Assembly (NCBI GenBank): GCA_964057225.1
Contig: OZ059898.1
Coordinates: 9,982,001-10,046,000 of the forward strand
DNA length: 64,000 nucleotides
Source: Auanema rhodensis
Taxonomy: Eukaryota > Animalia > Nematoda
Reading direction: 5' to 3'
Shown: positions 1 through 8,698 of the stretch, piece after piece
How the letters are laid out: each line of letters begins with the position of its first letter
Numbering within the stretch: position 1 is the first letter of the stretch
The notes under the pieces: generated by a model
Seen by the model: only the letters and a program-made list of their open reading frames with translations
Database searches by the model: none
What the model was told of the DNA's origin: nothing
Made by a program: the position numbers and the translations under genes

Positions 1-209
1 TGAATGTCGGCTAAAATATGGTAACAGTTTTTATTAAAAGTTTCCATGATTAAGATTAAACAAAGAAAAAAAATCAAAGAGAAACACTTCTTGTTTACTA
101 ATTTGATTATAACACTTGAAATTCCAAAAAAAGTAAAATAAAACTGTGAAAGCGGGTAAAACTGTTGAACTAAAACAGTCTTTATAAAATATAAATGATA
201 TATTTTTAT

Positions 210-213
210 AAAA
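210..213 (-). terminator. RNA polymerase III terminator (T4; T5 in one haplotype), present after every tRNA copy
   Basis: Minus strand reads ...GATGCA-ACTTCAC-TTTT; variants are ACTTTAC-TTTT and ACTTCA-TTTTT. Confidence 0.75.
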
Positions 214-220
214 GTGAAGT

Positions 221-291
221 TGCATCGGCCGGGAATCGAACCCTGGTCGCCCGCGTGGCAGGCGAGCATTCTACCACTGAACCACCGATGC
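221..291 (-). tRNA. tRNA-Gly-GCC: tRNA-Gly(GCC), variant C50A
   Basis: Array consensus GCATCGGTGGTTCAGTGGTAGAATGCTCGCCTGCCACGCGGGCGACCCGGGTTCGATTCCCGGCCGATGCA folds as a cloverleaf with anticodon GCC, A/B boxes and no encoded CCA. This copy has a T-stem mismatch at 244. Confidence 0.9.
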
Positions 292-1313
292 TTCGAAAAT
301 GTTAGATTGTTTCCGAAAAATTATGAAAAGTCAAGTTCTACTGATTTGAAGAGAATTGTAAGTTTTAGAAAATAATTAAAAATTAGTTCCCTCTACTATT
401 AACTGATTGTCGGCTAAAATATGGTAACAGTTTTTATAAAAAGTTTCCATGATTAGGATTAAACAAAAAAAAGAATTAAAGAGAAACACTTTTTGTTTAC
501 TTATTTGATTATAATACTTGAAATTCCAAAAACAGTAGAATAAAATTGAGAAATCGACAAAAACAGTTGAACGATTTGAAGAGAATTGTAAGTTTTAGAA
601 AAGAATTAAAGTTCAGCTATCTCTACTATTAACTGACTATCGGCTAGAATAAGGTAACAGTTTTTATTGAAAGTTTCCATGATTAAGATTGAACAAAAAA
701 AAAAATTAGAGAGAAACACTTCTTGTTTACTTACTTGATTATAATACTTGAAATTCCAAAAACAGTAAAATAAGATTGAGAAAGCGACAAAAACAGTTGA
801 ACGATTTGAAGACAATTGTAAGTTTAAGAAAAGAATTAAAGTTTAGCTTTGTCTACTATTAACTGATTATCGGCTGAAATATGGTGACAGTTTTTTTTTA
901 AAAGTTTCCATGATTAAGATTAAACAAAGAAAAAAAATCAAAGAGAAACACTTCTTGTTTACTAATTTGATTATAACACTTGAAATTCCAACAAAAGTAA
1001 AGTAAAACTGTTAAAGCGAGTAAAACTGTTGAACAATTTGAAGACAATTGTAAGTTGAAAAAAAAATTAAAGTTTAGCTCTCTCTACTATCAACTGAATG
1101 TCGGCTAAAATATGATAACAGTTTTTATCAAAAGTTTCCATGATTAAGATTAAACAAAGAAAAAAATCAAAGAGAAACACTTCTTGTTTACTAATTTGAT
1201 TATAACACTTGAAATTCCAACAAAAGTAAAATAAAACTGTGAAAGCGGGTAAAACTGTTGAACTAAAACAGTCTTTATAAAATATAAATGATATATTTTT
1301 ATAAAAGTGAAGT

Positions 1314-1384
1314 TGCATCGTCCGGGACTCGAACCCGGGTCGCCCGCGTGGCAGGCGAGCATTCTACCACTGAACCACCGATGC
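1314..1384 (-). tRNA. tRNA-Gly-GCC: tRNA-Gly(GCC), variant U59G + C66A
   Basis: Substitutions at 1328 and 1321. Confidence 0.9.
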
Positions 1385-2180
1385 TTCGAAAATGTTAGAT
1401 TGTTTCCGAAAAATTATGAAAAGTCAAGTTCTACTGATTTGAAGAGAATTGTAAGTTTTAGAAAAGAATTAAAGTTCAGCTATCTCTACTATTAACTGAT
1501 TATCGGCTAAAATAAGGTAACAGTTTTTATTGAAAGTTTCCATGATTAAGATTAAACAAAGAAAAAAAATCAAAGAGAAACACTTCTTGTTTACTTATTT
1601 GATTATAATACTTGAAATTCCAAAAACAGTAAAATAAAATTGAGAAAGCAACATAAACAGTTGAACGATTTGAAGAGAATTGTAAGTTTAAGAAAAGAAT
1701 TAAAGTTTAGCTTTGTCTACTATTAACTGATTATCGGCTGAAATATGGTGACAGTTTTTTATTAAAAGTTTCCATGATTAAGATTAAACAAAGAAAAAAA
1801 AATCAAAGAGAAACACTTCTTGTTTACTTATTTGATTATAACACTTGAAATTCCAACAAAAGTAAAGTAAAACTGTTAAAGCGAGTAAAACTGTTGAACG
1901 ATTTGAAGACAATTGTAAGTTGAAGAAAAAAATTAAAGTTTAGCTCTCTCTACTATTAACTGAATGTCGGCTGAAATAAGGTAACAGTTTTTATTAAAAG
2001 TTTCCATGATTTAGATTAAACAAAGAAAAAAAATCAAAGAGAAACACTTCTTGTTTACTAATTTGATTATAACACTTGAAAATCCAACAAAAGTAAAATA
2101 AAACTGTGAAAGCGGGTAAAACTGTTGAACTAAAACAGTCTTTATAAAATATAAATGATATATTTTTATAAAAGTGAAGT

Positions 2181-2251
2181 TGCATCGGCCGGGAATCGAA
2201 CCCGGGTCGCCCGCGTGGCAGGCGAGCATTCTACCACTGAACCACCGATGC
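2181..2251 (-). tRNA. tRNA-Gly-GCC: tRNA-Gly(GCC)
   Basis: Array consensus. Confidence 0.96.
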
Positions 2252-3043
2252 TTCGAAAATGTTAGATTGTTTCCGAAAAATTATGAAAAGTCAAGTTCTA
2301 CTGATTTGAAGAGAATTGTAAGTTTTAGAAAAGAATTGAAGTTCAGCTATCTCTACTATTAACTGATTATCGGCTAAAATAAGGTAACAGTTTTTATTGA
2401 AAGTTTCCATGATTAAGATTAAACAAAGAAAAAAAATCAAAGAGAAACACTTCTTGTTTACTTATTTAATTATAATACTTGAAATTCCAAAAACAGTAGA
2501 ATAAAATAGAGAAAGCGACGAAAAAAGTTGAACGATTTGAAGAGAATTGTAAGTTTTAGAAAAGAATTAAAGTTCAGCTATCTCTACTATTAACTGATTA
2601 TCGGCTAAAATAAGGTAACAGTTTTTATTGAAAGTTTCCATGATTAAGATTAAACAAAGAAAAAATCAAAGAGAAACACTTCTTGTTTACTTACTTGATT
2701 ATAATACTTGAAATTCCAAAAACAGTAAAATAAAATTGAAAAAGCGACAAAAACAGTTGAACGATTTGAAGACAATTGTAAGTTGAAGAATAAATTTAAA
2801 GTTTAGCTCTCTCTACTATTAACTGAATGTCGGCTAAAATATGGTAACAGTTTTTATTAAAAGTTTCCATGATTAAGATTAAACAAAGAAAAAAAATCAA
2901 AGAGAAACACTTCTTGTTTACTAATTTGATTATAACACTTGAAATTCCAAAAAAAGTAAAATAAAACTGTGAAAGCGGGTAAAACTGTTGAACTAAAACA
3001 GTCTTTATAAAATATAAATGATATATTTTTATAAAAGTGAAGT

Positions 3044-3114
3044 TGCATCGGCCGGGAATCGAACCCGGGTCGCCCGCGTGGCAGGCGAGCATTCTACCAC
3101 TGAACCACCGATGC
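3044..3114 (-). tRNA. tRNA-Gly-GCC: tRNA-Gly(GCC)
   Basis: Array consensus. Confidence 0.96.
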
Positions 3115-4137
3115 TTCGAAAATGTTAGATTGTTTCCGAAAAATTATGAAAAGTCAAGTTCTACTGATTTGAAGAGAATTGTAAGTTTTAGAAAATAATT
3201 AAAAATTAGTTCTCTCTACTATTAACTGATTGTCGGCTAAAATATGGTAACAGTTTTTATAAAAAGTTTCCATGATTAGGATTAAACAAAAAAAAGAATT
3301 AAAGAGAAACACTTTTTGTTTACTTATTTGATTATAATACTTGAAATTCCAAAAACAGTAGAATAAAATTGAGAAATCGACAAAAACAGTTGAACGATTT
3401 GAAGAGAATTGTAAGTTTTAGAAAAGAATTAAAGTTCAGCTATCTCTACTATTAACTGACTATCGGCTAGAATAAGGTAACAGTTTTTATTGAAAGTTTC
3501 CATGATTAAGATTGAACAAAAAAAAATTAGAGAGAAACACTTCTTGTTTACTTACTTGATTATAATACTTGAAATTCCAAAAACAGTAAAATTAAATTGA
3601 GAAAGCGACAAAAACAGTTGAACGATTTGAAGACAATTGTAAGTTTAAGAAAAGAATTAAAGTTTAGCTTTGTCTACTATTAACTGATTATCGGCTGAAA
3701 TATGGTGACAGTTTTTTTTTTAAAAGTTTCCATGATTAAGATTAAACAAAGAAAAAAAAATCAAAGAGAAACACTTCTTGTTTACTAATTTGATTATAAC
3801 ACTTGAAATTCCAACAAAAGTAAAGTAAAACTGTTAAAGCGAGTAAAACTGTTGAACAATTTGAAGACAATTGTAAGTTGAAAAAAAAAATTAAAGTTTA
3901 GCTCTCTCTACTATCAACTGAATGTCGGCTAAAATATGATAACAGTTTTTATCAAAAGTTTCCATGATTAAGATTAAACAAAGAAAAAAATCAAAGAGAA
4001 ACACTTCTTGTTTACTAATTTGATTATAACACTTGAAATTCCAACAAAAGTAAAATAAAACTGTGAAAGCGGGTAAAACTGTTGAACTAAAACAGTCTTT
4101 ATAAAATATAAATGATATATTTTTATAAAAGTGAAGT

Positions 4138-4208
4138 TGCATCGTCCGGGACTCGAACCCGGGTCGCCCGCGTGGCAGGCGAGCATTCTACCACTGAACC
4201 ACCGATGC
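4138..4208 (-). tRNA. tRNA-Gly-GCC: tRNA-Gly(GCC), variant U59G + C66A
   Basis: Same two substitutions as 1314-1384. Confidence 0.9.
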
Positions 4209-4770
4209 TTCGAAAATGTTAGATTGTTTCCGAAAAATTATGAAAAGTCAAGTTCTACTGATTTGAAGAGAATTGTAAGTTTTAGAAAAGAATTAAAGTT
4301 CAGCTATCTCTACTATTAACTGATTGTCGGCTAAAATAAGGTAACAGTTTTTATTGAAAGTTTCCCTGATTAAGATTAAACAAAGAAAAAAAATCAAAGA
4401 GAAACACTTCTTGTTTACTTATTTGATTATAATACTTGAAATTCCAAAAACAGTAGAATAAAATAGAGAAAGCGACGAAAAAAGTTGAACGATTTGAAGA
4501 GAATTGTAAGTTTTAGAAAAGAATTAAAGTTCAGCTATCTCTACTATTAACTGATTATCGGCTAAAATAAGGTAACAGTTTTTATTGAAAGTTTCCATGA
4601 TTAAGATTAAACAAAGAAAAAAATCAAAGAGAAACACTTCTTGTTTACTTACTTGATTATAATACTTGAAATTCCAACAAAAGTAAAATAAAACTGTGAA
4701 AGCGGGTAAAACTGTTGAACTAAAACAGTCTTTATAAAATATAAATGATATATTTTTATAAAAGTGAAGT

Positions 4771-4841
4771 TGCATCGGCCGGGAATCGAACCCGGGTCGC
4801 CCGCGTGGCAGGCGAGCATTCTACCACTGAACCACCGATGG
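4771..4841 (-). tRNA. tRNA-Gly-GCC: tRNA-Gly(GCC) hit by the transposon: nt 2-73 intact, G1 replaced by C
   Basis: Consensus from 4771 to 4840, then element sequence. Confidence 0.85.
4832..4840 (+). repeat. Target-site duplication, left copy (CCACCGATG)
   Basis: Identical 9-mer at 8690-8698; corresponds to tRNA nt 2-10. A 7-bp reading (CACCGAT with GGG...CCC ends) is formally possible. Confidence 0.85.
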
Positions 4842-5315
4842 GCCTTTCTACAAGTACGGAGAAATGTATAGGCGGGATTGCGTACATACTACTTGTGCGG
4901 ACCGTTTGATACAAGTACGGGAAAATGAATAAATAGGATCGTGTACATATTACATCTAGGGACTCTTTAATTACGTAGACAATCATTTTAAACACATACT
5001 ACTTTTACGGAATGTATAATTCCACTTAACTTTTGTTATGTTTCGATAGGTTTTTTAAACTCTAAATTCATATTTATATCAAACATTCTTTCTAACACAA
5101 TATTAAATTCAAAAATTTTGAATATATTAGTGACTGTCCTGTTGGTATGTATCGTTGATGTCCTTATCTTCAAAATCGAAAGATGATGCTGTTGTGCTAT
5201 AGCTTTAAGATGAAAACCCTGTTAAATAAGTTCAAACTTACTCTACCAGTCCTGCAAAGCGTCTGCTATAATTATTCTGACTGAACTGTTTTCCTTTACG
5301 TTTTCGAAATTTGGT
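4841..5315 (+). repeat. Left terminal inverted repeat (475 bp)
   Basis: Reverse complement of 8215-8689; about 6 mismatches by eye (GGCC vs GGTA at the tip plus 4 internal substitutions). Confidence 0.95.
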
Positions 5316-5438
5316 TCCGTTACTGGGATGCATTTGAATTCTCATAAGATTAACACAAGAAATTTCGTTAATTTTTTCTTGCCTTTTCTTCAGAACTTTT
5401 TCTTTTTGAATGGGCTCCATGAATATGTATACAGCTAT
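5238..5438 (-). CDS. Putative terminal exon 14 of the transposase (IAVYIFMEPIQK...KFRKRKGK...LVE*), partly inside the left TIR
   Basis: Open frame after a TTTAAG acceptor. IAV would complete the SWIM motif (CIHL-IAV) and KFRKRKGK looks like an NLS. However, the available GT donor is 1 nt out of phase. Confidence 0.45.
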   Translation of the reverse strand: MAVYIFMEPIQKEKVLKKRQEKINEISCVNLMRIQMHPSNGTKFRKRKGKQFSQNNYSRRFAGLVE

Positions 5439-5478
5439 CTTAAAGTTTTCGGAACAATGAAAATAATTGGAGATAGTT

Positions 5479-8104
5479 TTACAGATGAATGCATAGCCTC
5501 AAAGACTTTTTCTTGCAAGAAAAGTGAAAACAAACTAGTTCATCATCATCGAGAGTTGCGTAAGAACATCTGTTAACACTACAAGTGAATATTGAATATT
5601 ATAACTAACTCAAATTTTCTTTCCCTGTTCAGAAGAAAAAAACAATTGTCCACCGATTTAACTGTTAAGTTTGCCACGGATTGAATTACATTTTCTCTGT
5701 TATTTTTACCAGCTATAACTTTTAATTAATTCATATCATATATTATATCAGAAAAATACCCGGTAGTAGAAAACTAGGAACGTTTTCGAGAATATCTCCT
5801 GGCATTAGACTTTGTAAACCAAATATAGTGAACACTTCTCTTTTTTTTGATATGCTCATGTTTGCCCATTCATAGGCGGTGAAAGAATTTCCGGTTAGAA
5901 GTTTTGAAGGTACTCCCGTGATTGCTCGAACACATTCCTGGATTTCCTCTAAACGGGTAAGTTAGATGAATTATCATTGTTATCTTACCTTTATGGCATC
6001 GCAAAAAATCGTCAAGTATTTTTTGCGCTGGTTTTTTATGATCAATCAACATTTTTATATGAGCATTTTTTGCTTCAATGATATTCGAGGACAAAAACTG
6101 AACCGGCCATCCAGCTAACAATTTTGAGAACATACTGTTAAATGTAAACAAATTATCAAAATTTGATGTGAGCCTAAGTAAATGAACGTCAACATGATAA
6201 AAAGTAAAAGTAAACCAAGATTTAAGCTTCCCATCGTTCAAAGAAGAAATATATCTGATCATGCTTTGTGAAAATTCTGTTTTATTTAACGAATCAAGAA
6301 TACCTCTTTTGAGAACCTGATTTCCGTTTCTCTGAAAAACTTGGTTTTATTTATTTTTCTTCAAAATATAATACTGTTTTTTTCTCGCCCCACAATGCTA
6401 TTTTAACTGTTTCAAAGTCATACACGTCGTCCTTCAGAACATCTTTCAAATTATCTATCCTATGTATATCGCAGCGAATCAATAATGCATCTTTGAAGTA
6501 GGAACCCTAAAAATATTTTTTTTATAAGCTCTCTCTTGACAATACCGTATTGTAATTACTAAAACTGCTTTCACCGTCGTGGACTAATAATCCTACGGTT
6601 CTGTCATTTCCATACTCTTTAAACAATGAATTAAGAAAGTGACTAAAATTTTCGTGATCCTCATTTTCTTTACGAGAATGAATCATAAGAGCTAGAAGCA
6701 ATGATGAACTTTTCCCGGATGTACGCGATCTAGTAATTAATGTTTAATTAGATTTTGATCAGCCACTAACTTGAAAGTTTCACTAACACCTAACACGAGA
6801 GTGACATATTCAGATGTACAAAGCGAGAATGTTGTGTCTATCATGACACATGATCCTACAACTGGTAAACTTCCACTTTCGTTTGTTGTTGAAAGAAATG
6901 AAGCTATAAGACTATTATAAAATGACAATAAATTTAGAAGAGCTAACCGAAATAATTGTCTCGATCTTCTTTGTCCATAAAATTCAACTTTTTTACTGCT
7001 ATGTGATGATTTTCTAAATCTTCTTTAGTCGGAAGGGCACGTGAAAAACAGGTTACTGCTACAGGATAACCAATAAGTACTCGAACTTTCAAAGAACCAT
7101 CGACTTCAAATATAAATCTTAAATTTCGGTACGATCTGCAAAGAAAAATACCATGTTTTTCTATAATAGGCTTATCTAATTTTTCTTCAGGGTGTATCTG
7201 AGCTAAATATCTATCCATAATTGAATAAAAATCAATTGGACTTTTTCTACCCTGACGGGTTTTAACATGGTCTTTAACGCTACGGCTTAAACTGCTCAAC
7301 TTAAAAGTAGTAGAAAGTTAAATAACGTTTTTAGTAAACTAACTGTTTTTCTGGAAATTGTCATACCTTCATCCTGAAGCATATTATGAGCTTCTCGGGT
7401 GGTTCTAAATTTTAGAACTTCTTTTGCATGTTCGGAGTCTGCTGGATCAAGCCTTCTCTTAACGTTTCTTTCCGGTATGGTAAAATTGAACTTAAGATAT
7501 AACAACAAAGCATTAATAATTATTAAATATTGAATACCTCACTAGTATATACGTAAAGAACATCTGAAAATAACTCTTGATTGTTCAATACGTAGTAAAT
7601 CTGAATTTTATTTTTATATTATTATTAAGATACGTTTTCACACTTCTCTATAGAAAGCTGGAAACTCTCGGTGATCATTCCTAAAAATTTTTAAAATAAT
7701 ATTACTTCCATTGCCATTCTCCAAGAATTTCCCATCTTCATAATATAAACATGCCTTATCTGTGGTGGTAGTGAACCGTTTATTATTGACTGGAACAAAA
7801 TAAATAAATATACATATGTATAGCACATATTCGCTATGTTACAATTGCCGGTCCAGGGTGCAAAACAATCACGAGTAATGCTAGCAAGAGTACTGATGTT
7901 TTCCCTCGACACAGTAAAAATTAGTTTCCCTGCTTTCATTTCTTTTAAATTTGGAAATACTTCCAAAGAATCCTTTTGACTACAATAATAAATAATTTGA
8001 AAAATGAATGAAAAAAATAAGGAAACATCTTACCTTTTTGAGTTCAACAATTCAACAACTTTCGTAAGAGAGAAGTACTTGGTACTCTTTGTTTGAGATA
8101 ACAT
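5479..8104 (-). CDS. MULE (Mutator-family) DDE transposase with SWIM-like zinc finger, ~696 aa, 13 exons
   Basis: Manual model, exons: 8104-8034, 7979-7843, 7789-7644, 7600-7538, 7490-7344, 7299-6948, 6903-6771, 6729-6546, 6506-6375, 6331-5989, 5948-5760, 5712-5610, 5569-5479 (2,091 nt, in frame, all introns GT-AG). Motifs: VMIDTTFSL (D at 6838-6836), LMIHSRK, VHDGE (D at 6578-6576), RCDIHRIDN (CxxH), GILDS, SSNIIEAKNAHIK (E at 6076-6074), CFHFSCKKKSLRLCIH. Family call is from motif recognition; no database search was run. Confidence 0.85.
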
Positions 8105-8171
8105 CACCAAAATATATGGCGAAAAAAAGAACACGACAGACAGACAAGGAGCTTTTTCAGAGAAAAAGACA

Positions 8172-8193
8172 GACCACCCAGTAGGACCACCCA
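8172..8193. promoter_or_regulatory. Two tandem perfect GLI/Ci-type consensus sites (GACCACCCA-GTAG-GACCACCCA) upstream of the transposase ATG
   Basis: GACCACCCA at 8172-8180 and 8185-8193, 68-89 bp upstream of the ATG at 8104. The sequence match is exact; function is untested. Confidence 0.45.
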
Positions 8194-8214
8194 TTATAAT
8201 AGTTCATTTTCTTT

Positions 8215-8689
8215 ACCAAATTTCGAAAACGTAAAGGAAAACAGTTCAGTCAGAATAATTATAGCAGACGCTTTGCAGGACTGGTAGAGTAAGTTTAAAC
8301 TTATTTAACAGGGTTTTCATCTTAAAGCTATAGCACAACAGCATCATCTTTCGATTTTGAAGATAAGGACATCAACGATACATACCAACAGGACAGTGAC
8401 TAATATATTCAAAATTTTTGAATTTAATATTGTGTTAGAAAGAATGTTTGATATAAATATGAATTTAGAGTTTAAAAAACCTATCGAAACATAACAAAAG
8501 TTAAGTGGAATTATACATTCCGTAAAAGTAGTATGTGTTTAAAATGATTGTCTACGTAATTAAAGAGTCCGTAGATGTAATATGTACACGACCCTATTTA
8601 TTCATTTTCCCGTACTTGTATCAAACGGTCCGCACAAGTAGTATGTACGCAATCCCGCCTATACATTTCTCCGTACTTGTAGAAATACC
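8215..8689 (-). repeat. Right terminal inverted repeat (475 bp)
   Basis: Reverse complement of 4841-5315; starts ACCAAATTTCGAAAACG and ends CTTGTAGAAATACC. Confidence 0.95.
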
Positions 8690-8698
8690 CCACCGATG
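8690..8698 (+). repeat. Target-site duplication, right copy (CCACCGATG); with 8699 it forms the orphaned tRNA nt 1-10
   Basis: Followed by C-TTCGAAAATGTTAG, the normal tRNA G1 and 5' flank. Confidence 0.85.

Larger units (their letters stand above)
4841..8689 (-). mobile_element. Mutator-like (MULE/MuDR) DNA transposon, 3,849 bp, probably autonomous, inserted in the 5' end of a tRNA-Gly gene
   Basis: 475-bp TIRs with GG...CC ends. 9-bp direct repeat CCACCGATG at 4832-4840 and 8690-8698. Internal spliced gene with MULE DDE, CxxH and SWIM-like motifs. The array resumes exactly at 8699. Confidence 0.92.

Noticed and set aside
171-342. tRNA-derived SINE
   Set aside because: The tRNA is complete and essentially invariant, ends in a terminator 7 nt downstream, and has no tail or per-copy TSDs; the copies are tandem, not dispersed.
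2205-2209. Variable loop CGAC (A46) as a sign of a defective tRNA
   Set aside because: It is shared by all copies and compatible with a normal 4-nt variable loop, so it is more likely the species allele.
4756-4995. ORF pair MFKMIVYVIKES... (also 8535-8783)
   Set aside because: Mirror-image read-outs of the two TIRs that run into host sequence; no coding support.
5328-5576. Plus-strand 82-aa ORF as a second (mudrB-like) gene
   Set aside because: It is antisense to transposase exon 13 and putative exon 14, and has no recognisable motif.
5650-5657. CCACCGAT inside the element resembling the target site
   Set aside because: An 8-bp match within a coding exon with no associated boundary; consistent with chance.
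4841-8689. Dada transposon, LTR/non-LTR retroelement, or prokaryotic tRNA-integrating island
   Set aside because: Dada lacks long TIRs. The repeats here are inverted rather than direct, there are no RT or integrase motifs, the gene has spliceosomal introns, and the insertion is at the tRNA 5' end with a TSD.
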